Part shown: positions 11,340 through 22,911 of the stretch, piece after piece
How positions within the stretch are numbered: the stretch's first letter is position 1
Layout: each line of letters opens with the position of its first letter
NCBI RefSeq assembly: GCF_035084215.1
Contig: NC_090359.1
Span: 14,322,001 to 14,386,000 of the forward strand
DNA from: Heptranchias perlo
Taxonomy: Eukaryota
Reading direction: 5' to 3'
Length of the DNA stretch: 64,000 bases
Notes under the pieces: model-generated
Told to the model about the DNA's origin: nothing
Databases searched by the model: none
What the model saw: only the letters and a program-made list of their open reading frames with translations
Made by a program: the position numbers and the translations under genes

Positions 11340-12392
11340 ACAAAAGAAGATGGAGTGGTTGTTGGAGGCCAATCATCTCAGCCCCAGGACATTGCTGCTG
11401 GAGTTCCTCAGGGCAGTGTCTTTGGCCCAACCATCTTCAGCTGCTTCATCAATGACCTTTCCCCCATCATAAGGTCAGAAATGGGGATCTTTGCTGACGA
11501 TTGCGCAGTGTTCAGTTCCATTCGCAACCCCACAGATAAGATGCAGTCAGTGCCCACATGCAGCAAGACCTGGACAACATCCAGGCTTGGGCTTATAAGT
11601 GGCAAGTAACATTCACGCCAGACAATTGCCAGGCAATGACAATCTCCAACAAGAGAGAGTCTAACCACCTCCCCTTGACATTCAATGGCATTACCATCGC
11701 CGAATCCCCCACCATCAACATCCTGGGGGTCACCATTGACCAGAAACTTAACTGAACCAGCCATATAAATACTGTGGCTACAAGAGTAGGCCAGAAGCTG
11801 GGTATTCTGTGGTGAGTGACCCACCTCTGGACTCCCCAAAGCCTTTCCACCATCTGCGAGGCACAAGTCAGGAGTGTGATGGAATACTCTCCACTTGCCT
11901 GGATGAGTGCAGCTCCAACAACATTCAAGAAGCTCGACACCATCCAGGACAAAGTAGCCCACTTGATTGGCATCCGATCCACCACCCAAAACATTCACTC
12001 CCTTCACCACCGGCGCATCGTGGCTGCAGTGTGTACCATCCACAGGATGCACTGCAGCAACTCGCCAAGGCTTCTTCGACAGCACCTCCCAAACCCACGA
12101 CCTCTAACATATAGAAGGACAAGGGCAGCAGGCACATGGGAACAGCACCACCTGCACGTTCCCCTCCTCGTCACACACCATCCCGACTATGAAATATATC
12201 ACCGTTCCTTCAGCGTTGCTCAGACAAAAACCTGGAACTCCCTACCTAACAGCACATTGGGAAAACCTTCACCACACGGACTGCAACGGTTCAAGAAGGC
12301 CGCTCACCACCACCTTCTCAAGGGCAATTAGGGATGGGCAATAAATGGTGGCCTTGCCAGCGACGCCCACATCCCATGAACGATTAAAAAAT
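11340..12392 (+). mobile_element. 5'-truncated non-LTR LINE (CR1/Jockey group, distinct family), RT C-terminus to A-rich tail
   Basis: GVPQGSVFGPTIFSCFINDL...FADD and QQDLDNIQAW..KWQVTF; frameshifts; 3' end GGGCAATAAATG...CCCATGAACGATTAAAAAA. Confidence 0.85.
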
Positions 12393-12399
12393 ACAATAA

Positions 12400-12481
12400 T
12401 GGCGAGGGTGGGATACAAAACCATGGGTGCAGAGCACAGTGGATTAGCAGTCCGTGCCCGGAACCACTCGGCCACATTGTC
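12400..12481 (-). pseudogene. tRNA-Ser(GCT) pseudogene
   Basis: Minus strand GACAATGTGGCCGAGTGGTT...GGACTGCTAATCCACTGTGCTCTGCAC...ATCCCACCCTCG; T-loop mutated. Confidence 0.85.
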
Positions 12482-12606
12482 GCATGAACAGTGCAAAGAA
12501 AGCCCTTTTATTTTGTAAAAGCAAAAGTCTTGGACTGAAAGATCAGAGTAAGAAAGCCGCTTTTCAATCACCAGTTCCCAGATTCTGAAAGCAGCAGAGG
12601 TGACAT

Positions 12607-12688
12607 GGTAGTGTGGCTGAGCGGTCGAAGGCGCTGGATTGAGGTCCCAGTCTCTGTGGGGACGTGGTTTTAAATCCCACCGCTGCTC
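12607..12688 (+). pseudogene. tRNA-Leu-derived pseudogene (anticodon reads GAG)
   Basis: GGTAGTGTGGCTGAGCGGTCGAAGGCGCTGGATTGAGGTCCCAGTCTCT...AATCCCACCGCTGC; B box destroyed (GTTTTAAAT). Confidence 0.85.
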
Positions 12689-12792
12689 CAATTTGAGGTG
12701 CTGGTTGTTTCGGCCTCATCGCTCAGAATCCTTCTTTTCGAAGCAGCGCCATTGCTGTTGTTCGGGCACAACTGCCACACCTGATGTCCCTC

Positions 12793-12864
12793 GTCGTGAT
12801 CGTTTTGTGGTTAATACTCTGCGTTGTGGTCGCAGTCACCACCGTTCGAATCCGAGTCTCCACA
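12793..12864 (+). pseudogene. tRNA-His(GTG) pseudogene
   Basis: GTCGTGATCGTTTTGTGGTTAATACTCTGCGTTGTGGTCGCAG...GTTCGAATCCGAGTC; acceptor and T stems broken. Confidence 0.85.
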
Positions 12865-14059
12865 GAGTGTCATTTACCGATTTTCTCCATTGCCACATAT
12901 GCTAAGAGAATGCAGCAAGAAATCAATCTTTCGCACAAGAAATAATATTATTTTGGTGAAACCTTTTAATTCCGTCAAATCCCAGCACTCTCACATGCCT
13001 GTACTTGATGTTCCACAGTTCAAACCCGCCTCTTCTCCCAGCTTTTTCTTCCTTCCACAGTCAATAGGCCGCCTTTACTTTCCTCCTCCCATTTCATGGA
13101 CACTTTCCTGCTCCATTGCCGACTCTAACATTCACTTTCACGATCTCACGCCTTTCAGTTTGTTCTGCTCCGACCGCTGTTTCTATTGGGCACATGTCCC
13201 ATTCACACCAATGTTCATTTGTGCCTTGAAACCAGTCGATACATTTCGATCTGCGTGACCGCTCGACAGACAAACACGACGAAAGCAGGGCTGGTCTCTG
13301 GAAAGACAGCCGCCCGAATGTTCACGAAATTTACTTGGGGAATCTTATGATCCAGGGGATGGTAACTGAAGAACTGGTTTTTGTTTTGTTGCTTGTTGGC
13401 TCTTTTCTCTCAGCAGTTGAGTTGCGTGAGCGACGGGCAGCGCTGCAGAGCTGCGAATGGCGGTTGAAAGGTTCACATTTGGCAAGTTGGGGCGGTGCAG
13501 TAAGATCGGAAGTGTTCCGCCTTGATCTTAATAGTTCTGTTGAAACCTGTGATTGAATCGAGTAGAGGATAAATGTAAAGAGCGCCTGTGGGGAAAAAGG
13601 AGCGATTACAGGCCATGAGCGGAAGGTCTTTCAAATTCTCGTGGCGCAGGACGCTGTGTGCGGAAACGGCAGATTTTAAACGCATGTGTCGGAAAGTAAA
13701 GTGTGATCTTGTGTGTGAGAAGAGCACAAGAAAGTTGTGCTTGAAGCTGCGCCCTTGAGGCAAGTTGCAGGTTGTCAGGAAAACTGCTATCGCGAAAGCT
13801 CAAAAATAAACCCAGAAACTGCTGGCAACACTCAGCAGGTCAGGTAGTATCTGTGGGGAGATACTCGCTTTACCGGGGGCGTCATTGTGCACTTTGATTA
13901 ATACTAAAGACCTGTACAAGATGGACGGGTTGCACCTCAACAAGGCTGGGACCAATGTCCTCGTAGGGATTTTACCCTTGACTTATCAGCGAGCGATACC
14001 GGCCTTTACTGGGCCTCAGCTATTTACAATGTATATGAGTGTAAAAAGATCTCTGACGC

Positions 14060-14468
14060 TCGCTCCGTGGGAAAGTAAGCTGTGAGGAGGACACAAAGTG
14101 TCTGCAAAGGGATACAGACAGGTTACGTGAGTGGACAAGGTGGCAGGTGGAGTATAATGTGGGGAAATGTGAGGTTATTCACTTTGATAGGAAGAATAGA
14201 AAAACAAAATGTTTTAAAATGGTGAGCAACTATTGAATATTCACGTTCAGAGAGACTTTGGTGTCCTGGTGCAAGAAACACAGAAAGTTAACATGTTGGT
14301 ACAGCAAGCAATTAGGAAGGCAAATGGCATGTTGGTCTTTATTGCAAGGGGGCTGGAATACAAGAGTAAGGAAGTCTTGTTGCAATTGTACGGGGCTTTG
14401 GTGAGACCACACCTGGAGTACTGTGTACAGTTTTGGTCTCCTTATCTAAGCAAGGATAAACTTGCCTG
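14060..14468 (+). mobile_element. CR1 ORF2 fragment
   Basis: [46 protein letters not shown]. Confidence 0.85.
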
Positions 14469-14489
14469 AGAGGCGATGTAAGAAAGTTT

Positions 14490-14625
14490 CACTTGGAGAT
14501 GAGGGTGATGATGCCTTTCCTCGTGGACTCTGCCATGCTGTCTGCCAGAAGCATATCCCCGTACACTTCCAGTCGGTCTGGGTCTATCCAGTCCCACAGA
14601 GCCAACGGCAGTTTCATGCCAGAGC
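14490..14625 (-). mobile_element. L1/Tx1-type ORF2 pre-RT fragment of a second family (copies at ~55790-55920 and ~59810-59943, + strand)
   Basis: ALWDWIDPDRLEVYGDMLLADSMAESTRKGIITLISK. Confidence 0.65.
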
Positions 14626-15779
14626 GCCAGTACCGAATCTGCCCCGGTGACGAGGAGATGTCGACATATGTCTTCACCGCCTGGAGGTCATTTGGTGGGC
14701 GGATCGCCCGCCGTTTATACAAACCGCGGGAATTTCCCTGCCGTTCATTTCAATGGGAATCAGAATGGTCTTGGGCTGTAGCACAAAGTGGGTGATAGCG
14801 GATAGGCCTCCCATCACACCTCCCACCTGATATTCAGTTCCCTTGACTTCAGTGGGACTTGACTGAATATCAGGAGGAAGCTTCAGCGAGCGATACCGGC
14901 CGTCAGGCGGTACCGTCCAGGAAGAATTCCTGCCCCAGGTGGTTTTAATAACGAGCGGTCAATCTGCAAGGCCAGTTTTACACCAGATCACCAAGCGGAA
15001 AATGTACCCCAGAGAGTCTGTAATTATTCGTTCTGGGAACTGAAGTATATAGAAATTTAAGACAAGAAATTTTCTGAATTTGTACATTTCCTGTGACCAG
15101 AACCACGACCATCTCCTGTGGAACAAACGGATTTGTGTTAACATTGCAGAGAATCCATTGGAAATCCACATTGTGAATTGAAACATTCAGCATTGTACAA
15201 ATTCCGGATTGGTGTCGGTCATTCAAACATTACCACAGACACTCGTTTTATTTCATCTTATTCATCTCTTTCCCACCGTGAGATAAATATCTAACCCTCT
15301 GACACCAAAATCAACGAGCGACTTATGTTTTCATCACGTTCATCGCGAAGAACTAATGGATCATCTTTAGTACAGCTGATTCAGACACTCTGAGAGGTCT
15401 CTTTGGGCCTCTGTGAATGATCAATGAATGGATTGAAAAGGGCAGGTCAGTTAAAATCTGATTTTTTATCGTATTAACAAACAGCCAAGTGATGAGGAGA
15501 TTCTAATTGCCAGTTTAGTGCAGACACCATGTGATGAGTTCAGCACTCACTCGAAAGCAAACTGAGAGCTGGTCTGTTTCTGGCTCTGTGATATTGGAAG
15601 GAGTGACTGGTTGTGTTTCAGGGGTCTGTGTTGTGCTGATGACTGGAGCAGAAAAAACATCTTTGGGCTGAAATCTACACCTGATTCTTTGATGCCTCGT
15701 GTGTTTGGGCCTTTTGAACATCTGCTTTGCTCAGACAGCCTGTCATTGTCCTTCTTACAGAAACAAATATATGGAAAAT

Positions 15780-16440
15780 ATACAATCCTTGAATCTCACA
15801 GCACAGGAGGCCATTCGACCCATCGTGCAGTGGCCAGCTCTTTGAAGGATGTAACCGATTACTCCCATTCCCGTGCTCTTTCCCCATAAACTTTGTAATT
15901 TTTACCTTTTCAAGTATTTATCCAATTTTCCTTTTAAAGTTACGATTGAATCGAGCTCCACCATCCTTTAAGGCAGTGCGTTCCAGATCATAACAATTCG
16001 CTGTGTAAAAAATCTCCTTATCTCCCTTCTAGTTCTTTTGCCAATCATCTTAAATCTGCGTCCGTTGGTTGCCGACCCTCCCGCCAGTGGGTGAAGTTTC
16101 TCCTTATTTACTCGATCAAAACCCCTCTTAATTTTGAACACGTCGATTACTTCTACCCTTAACCTTCATTGCTCGAAGCAGAACAATCCCAGGTTCTCGA
16201 GTCTCTCCACACAACTAAACCCCACCCCTGGTATAATTCTGGGAAATCTCCTCTCCATCCTCTCCAAGACCTTGACCTCCTCAATAAATTATAGTGCCCA
16301 GAATTGGACACAATACTTCAGATGAGGCCTGAACAATGATTTATAAACGTTTCACAGAACTTCCTTGCTTTTGTGCTCTATTTCTCGATTATTAAGCCAA
16401 GGAACCGGATGCTGTTTTAACGGTTTCACCAACTTGTGCT
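15780..16440 (-). mobile_element. Old CR1 3' portion
   Basis: Minus strand shows a decayed LKYCVQFWA motif and a CR1 3'UTR (GAATGGCCTCCTGTGCTGTGAGATTC). Confidence 0.7.
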
Positions 16441-17030
16441 GCCGCCCTCCGCTCTAATCCCATTGCCCGTCTCTCGGTCCTGACCCCGGGCTCGGGGACT
16501 CTCGGCCGGTCCAGGGCCCTTTAAGAGGGACGCGCCACACTGCGCATGTGCGCCGTTTATTTAAATCAAACCGTGCGATTCAAAGGAAAAGTGACGTCAG
16601 TTTCCGTCACAATAAAAACCGCTCGTTCTCAACCGAAAAAACGGAAAGTTTGTCTCGCGACACAACCGGAAGCGGTCGCTGATCCGGCGGGTGATGTGCG
16701 CATGTGCGAACATTCTCCCAGAGTGCAGCGCGGCCTGTCTCACAGATGGGGCCTTTTCTCTGCCGCTGTGCATTGTGGGAGATTCGGCCGCCATGACGGG
16801 CCCGGGTCACCGAGTTCATCCAATCACAGGTGAAGCTTCCCGGATTGGTGGAACCGACAGAGTGCAGGTGGTCTGTGGAGCGAGAGAATCTCTGAGAAGA
16901 GGGGCAGCCAATTGGGGAAATCACAGGAGGTGGTGACCGGTCATAAACCCAATCGGTGAATGACGGATTGAACCAAGGAAAGGAATGAAGAAACTCGACT
17001 GGGACCTGTGGGAACAGGCGGACTAATAAA
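16440..17030. promoter_or_regulatory. CpG-island-like Pol II promoter of an unidentified gene
   Basis: CpG-rich; TGCGCATGTGCG twice (NRF1-like, 16541 and 16697); TGACGTCA (CRE, 16592); CCGGAAG (ETS, 16666); several CCAAT/ATTGG; GCCGCCATG at 16787-16795. Confidence 0.6.
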
Positions 17031-17034
17031 TTTA

Positions 17035-17675
17035 ACCCGTGTCCAGTTCAGGTCACCACATTACAGGAAAGATGGGACTGCACCAGAGAGGGTCCAGAGG
17101 AGATTTACAAGGATGTTCCAGGAGTGGAGAATTTTAGCTGTGAGGAAGGATTGGATCGGCTGGAGTTGTTTTCATTGAAACAGAGGAGGCTGATTGGGGT
17201 TTTAATTGAGGTGTATAAAATTATTGGGGGCCACGCGGACTGCGTCACTTCAAGGCGGCAACTCACCCCCACCTTCTCAAAGGCAAATGGGATGGGCAAT
17301 AAATGCTGCCCTTGCCAGTAACACCCACATCCCATGAACAAATAAAAAAAGAATATGAAGGTCCTATATCCCTTAGCAGAGAGACCAATAACCAGGAGGC
17401 ATATATTTCAAATAATTGGAAGAATTCGAGGGGACCCGGGGATAATTTTTTTCACCCAGAGGGTGGTGTGGGTTTGAACCTGACTCGCTGAAAGGGTGGT
17501 CGAGGCAGAAACCAACATCGCTTTTTATAAGTACTTGGATGCGCACTTGAAGTCCCGTCACCTGCAAGGCTGCGGACCAAGGCCAAGAGTGCGATTAGGC
17601 TGGATAGCTTTTTCAGCTGGCACAGACAATGGGCCGAATAGCCTCCTTCTGTGCTGTAAATTTCTATGATTCTAT
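17035..17675 (+). mobile_element. CR1 3' portion, interrupted by a short 3' fragment of the 11340-12392 LINE family (~17232-17350)
   Basis: LELFSLKQRRLIGVLIEVYKII; tail TTTCTATGATTCTAT. Confidence 0.75.
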
Positions 17676-19718
17676 AACCCCTAGGTTCAAATGTAACATG
17701 GCAAAAGATACATGTCTACGGTTCAAAAAAATATCTTTATAGGGAGGGGACAATGTAGAGTTCTGCCCGAAAATGTTGTTCACACAGACTCCATGAATTA
17801 TTTTAAATGGGAATAATAGTGGAGGCACCTTGGAACAGAGGAACATTAAATTGGATGAGGGGGCGAGAGGAAAGTCACCTGTTTCTGTCCTGTAAGATCC
17901 TAAGCTTCATTGAGAATGAATTCATGAAGCATTTCTACATGGTATTTTGTTGCAACATTTTAAAAATACCCCAAAGTAGTTCTCCTGGTGTCCTGGCCAG
18001 TATATCCAGTTTGTAAAGCCTCCCTGAAATGTTTACATGTAAATCAGACAACAGTCAGAAGAGGGTAGGATGGCCCTACACTACACTACAATGTATTGTC
18101 ATCTATTGGGTTTAATGTTTCCTAACATTATTTATCAATAGTGTGAGGAAGCTCAGAGTGAAAGTGAGGAGGGGCCGTCTGACTGCAGTTTCCACTGGAA
18201 GAAAAATCACCTTGTGTGTAGTGAGCAGAAATGAATTGCTATTGTTAAAAGTTCCCACTAACTTATTGTGATTCTACTGCAACAGAACGAGCCTGGATCT
18301 CCTGCTATGTTTAAACACTAAACTTCAGTGATTATAGGTTAAGTAAAATATTACTATGATTTGATTTAAATGGAGAAGTGGTTTCCACCTGCCAAAGAAT
18401 GTTGTCTGAAGCGAGGGTGTTTACTGCTAACAGCTCCCATCCTGTTTAATAGACCCCCTGAATGTCTGATTTACCAAAAAGAAAAACCCAGCTCAGTAAA
18501 AATAAACAAATATGCTCTTATTAAATCTGAAGAACATTTTATGAACAAATTTCAGTATTTCAAAGGCAAGGTTGTCCCAGACATGGATTGTACCCAATTC
18601 ACTGTAAAGTTATAAAGACACAGCCAGTTTAACGACCAGGGGACATAACCTCGAAGTTCGAATTAGGACTTTCAGGAATGAAGTTAAGAGACACTTCGAC
18701 ACACAACGAGTGGGAGAAGTTAGGAACACTCTTCCACAAATGGCAGTTGATGCTAGCTCAATTGTTAAATCTATTATCTCAGGTGAAAATTTTGTTAATC
18801 AAAAAGGTAAGGGATATGACTAAGGCAGGTATATTGAGTTATGTCACAGATCAACCATGATCTCATTGAATGGTGGACCAGGCGAGAGGGGCTAAATGAC
18901 CTACTCCTGTTCCTATTGCCACCCCTCAAATATAGTGAATGATAAACAATAACGTAATCTGAAAAATAGGACTAACTACTTACAATACAATCCTGAGGGC
19001 CTGCCGTGAGGGGAAGCTGAGGATAACGAAACTTCAGTCTGTGCTCACGAGAAGACAGGTGAAATTCAAATCCAACAGAGGTAAATCACAACCGCTGGGC
19101 TCCCCGTCCCTCGCACTCTGTGCCTGTACCCAATGAGCACAACATTGCCCCCTGTGAACATTAATCTTTACACTGGGCATTGGAAATTTACTTGGAGCCC
19201 CAGCCCAACAAAACAAAGATCTTCACACCAGGGACAGAGATCTTCAATCTTGGAAGAGAGTTCAAGTCCACCCACTTTCAATCCTATTGGTGTTTGGACA
19301 ATTAGCTCCAAATGGGAAAGTTTAGGAGTTTGGAGCCCATGTGCGGATTCGAGTGATCAATGGCCACAGAGCACCAAGGGAATGATTGGGCAGTCAACCA
19401 CCCGGCACCAGTACTTCAGGCCAGTCCCACTGTCCCTTCAGAGCTCATTGACCTGCACAATGAGGGCCTGGCAAGCCTTCACCCATTGCTGCAGCCATCC
19501 CTGGACTGGGCCTGGATACACGATTACCAGCCATTCTGCCACTAGTTACATGGACCCATTTCAACCCATTTCACTAACAGGAGGAACTGACGGAGGAGTG
19601 CAGTGTGTTACTAACACGGTATTGAGCACTCATTGTGTCGTTGACTGGAGACAGTGAGAAATGAGCAACCAGCCATTAGAAGATACAAGTGGTCACTGCT
19701 TTATTGGTCATTTGATAA

Positions 19719-22524
19719 CTAGTTAAACTGGGTTTGCTTGTGTTTCCTGTTCAGGAACAAGGCAATCCAAGAAGCAGAGATCAGAGAGACAGCGCTCACA
19801 GTCAGGGCCAAGATCAGGACCACCTCAGACGCCACACCTATAAAGCAACAAGAAACCAATGGTTAGTGAAGGAAATACTGAGGGGAAAATGGAAACGAGC
19901 AGTCGGCCAACTCACCACCTGGAGACCTCTCCTGCACCCTTGGCTCAACATCATTCAGGGGCTCAGTTGCCAGGTCTGTCACATGAGGATCCAGAATGAC
20001 CAAGGGTCGAAGTGAGGCCTCACCCTCCCACTTCAACTCAGCATCACTCTCTGCAATATCAAACATTCCAGTTAGAGAGGGTAAAGGGTGACCTCCAACA
20101 ATCAAGAGGATCAATGTCCTACCAGGTCCAGATACAAGATCCCTCCTTCCTCTGGAATCAACGAGGAAATCCCTTGTGGCACTGCAGTTGCCCAGATGAC
20201 AACAGGCACACACGTCATTGGTCGATTCTTCCAATGGGGTCCAGCTCAACCAGAGAATCAGTTTATCAACCAGGTTGTCAATCATCCTTTAATCAACACA
20301 TCCCTGAGCGAGAGAGGGCACTTACATATTCTGGAAAGTACAAGCTTTGTTCATGGAATCTCTCCGATCCACTGCAGCAACTTTCAGGTGACAGGTGATG
20401 AAAATCTGAGGGACACATTCAATACAAGTTGTTATTTAGTGACCTCCTCCCAACATGGGGAACCCAATGTTTGGCTTCCTCTTACCAAGGAACGGTCATC
20501 TCCAAAGAAGCGGAACGCATCCAGATCAAACTGGAGTTTGTCCAGCTCACGTTCACCTCTTGGCAACACAAAGGTTGAAAAGGAGTCCTCAGCTTTGCTG
20601 TCCAGGAGGCAACTGAAGAAAGATTTAAAAAGGGACAAAGTGAATTAAGTGAACCGATTGAGACAGAACCAGCTGGAGAAAGCAGAGAGCTCCTAACCCA
20701 TGGGAGTCAATGATGTTGTATCTTGGGGTGGAATCCTTGTCTGGGCTCAATGCAGCTGCACAGCTGTCAATGTAGAGCTTCAAGGGCATGTGGTTGGTCA
20801 TTGAAACAGAGGCCTCAATGTGAATGAGGTCACCCAGGTAGTAGACAGTCGAGGTGCGCTCTGTAAGCCAGTCATCTGAAGTACAAGAGGAAAAGGATTG
20901 GAGACAGTGGGTGTAACTCCCAGTGGGAGACGACAGAAAAGCACTCCCCATCCACCCATCACATACCGTTCATAAGACGCAGTGAGAATGACAGAAGCCC
21001 TTCTCCAGACTTGGTCGAGCTGAATGGGATCCAGGTGTGCTTGATAGGGTCACTGCTCACATTGCCCTTCCTGAAAGGACAGTACAGTAATTTCAGGACA
21101 ACTTCACAGAACTGCACCTGCTGTAGACCTTATTTGCAATAGAGTAAAGATTCTTACCTAAAATAGTGGCACTCAATGGGAATGACTGCTCCATTAGTTC
21201 TCACAATAACAGATCCACGAGCATTTGGGGTGTGGTTCAGGTGGGTGGTGCCATGAACCAATTGTCCCAAAAGCTATTTCTGGTCATTTTCCTGCCCTGT
21301 TGAGCAGCAGTTTGAGGGGTTTCAGTTGCTCCTCAATGACACATGATTGAAGTAGCTGCACCATTGGTTGAAGTTGCCTGGAGCAGCCTCTGTTACTCTG
21401 CTCAGTCCACCTTCTGTGACAGGGGACTTCAGGCCTGCAGTCAGAAACCCCTGAAATGATTGGCACTGCCAGATTTGATGAGCATTCTTTCCCATATAGA
21501 TTAGAGCTTTCACCTTAAGGGGCTCAAGTTACCCCTGATATGGAGCACAAAACACAACATCACTTTTAAATCTCATCTGTGTCCGTGGAATCAATGGTCT
21601 TGGCAGGTGTAACAACCAAAAGTGGAGTTCCCCTTTAATACAGTGCATCCCAATTATTGTTCCACTTGTTTCATCTTTCAAGGGAAGTCTCAACAGGAAC
21701 TTCCACACTGAACATTCATTGACCACAAGTTGAGGCAACAGGCCTGAATATCCACAGGAAGGAACGGAAAAGATAAATCAATTGAGGCACAAAAGAACAG
21801 AGTGGTTTGGAGAAATGCAGGTGAAGGTTCAAGGTCAATCGAATTGAATCTCAGAGTTGGAGAGTAGCAATGACCCATTTAAGAAAGATGCAGTCCCTCA
21901 GTGACAAGTTGAAGTTCTTTTTAAATATAAAGCGAAGATTGACATGTCAACATAAAGAAGTAGTTTCACACAGGGTGATACTTCACAGTGGGCAAAAAAT
22001 TTATACACAGATTTCATTCAGGGATCTCCTCAGTGGCTGGAGTTTCACCCGATGTTAATGAGTTCAGAGTGGGCAGTAATCTGCACAGTGAAATTGGAGC
22101 AAGAGTTGAGGAATCACATTACCTGCAATCTGCTGCCACATTCATGGAGCCCATTGTCAAAGAGGACAGTGTGGTTCTGTGAGTAGATCCCAGTTGGCCG
22201 ACAACCTGCTGTCCCCAGGGTCAGGTCAGCAGCTTTAATCAGGTGCCTGGTTCTAAATAAATCCATGTCTCCCCTCACCAGCAGGTTCTGCTCTCCACAC
22301 TGCACCATCACAGTCTGCAGTGGAGAGAGACTTCTCCCCTCAGACACACTGAAATGGGAACCAAAGGGAGGCACAGGGGGAGGGACTCTCTGGGGCACAG
22401 GGGTGGGTTTTACTCTTCTCCATGGAAATCTCTGGCCTCTAAACTGTTGCCAAATATCAGAGCAACAAACCGCTCCAACTAACACCAGCACTGGGAACAA
22501 ACCTCTCACTACAAAATCCCCCAT
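19719..22524 (-). pseudogene. zp3: Zona pellucida sperm-binding protein 3-like, copy A (9 exons; probably disabled)
   Basis: Exons 22123-22524, 21158-21249 (remnant), 20967-21070, 20698-20875, 20486-20612, 20326-20405, 20123-20244, 19916-20050, 19719-19837. Signal peptide MGDFVVRGLFPVLVLVGAVCC, ZP-N/ZP-C cysteines, CACCHLGNC, furin site RGRR, TM segment, AATAAA at 19700-19705. Exon-2 acceptor deleted and TATA box interrupted by Tx1. Confidence 0.92.
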
Positions 22525-22569
22525 GATACCAAACAACTCAACTATCACTTTACCCACCAACCAGCACCT

Positions 22570-22877
22570 TTTTTTTTTCTTTTTTTTTGTGTTTTTTAGG
22601 CCCCCCTTTTATAAGAAGGGTGGGGGGGTGTAGGGTGTGCTTAAGTACAAAAAACCAAATAAAACGAAACCAGGCATCAAATTAAAATTTTATTTTCCTC
22701 GTCCAGGATGCACTCCAGCCCCTGCAGTGCCCACCGGTCGCGGAAAGCCTCAAGCGTACCGGCAGACACCGCGTGCTCCATCTCCAGGGCCACCCGGGCG
22801 CGGAGCAACCCGCGAAAGAGAGGCAGACAGGCCGAGCGCCCGCCCCCACGGACCGCGAGCATCCTGGACCTGTGGAT
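22570..22877 (-). mobile_element. Tx1-clade LINE 3' end (~300 bp plus A tail) inserted in the ZP3-A TATA box
   Basis: RARVALEMEHAVSAGTLEAFRDRWALQGLECILDEENKILI*, 3'UTR and an A-rich tail abutting GGTGCTGG. Confidence 0.9.
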
Positions 22878-22911
22878 ATCCAGGATGCACTCCAGTTTTG
22901 TCTAGTTTTCT

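Noticed and set aside
12607-12688. Functional tRNA-Leu with an unusual GAG anticodon
   Set aside because: The B box and anticodon stem are also mutated, so this is best read as decay of tRNA-Leu(AAG).
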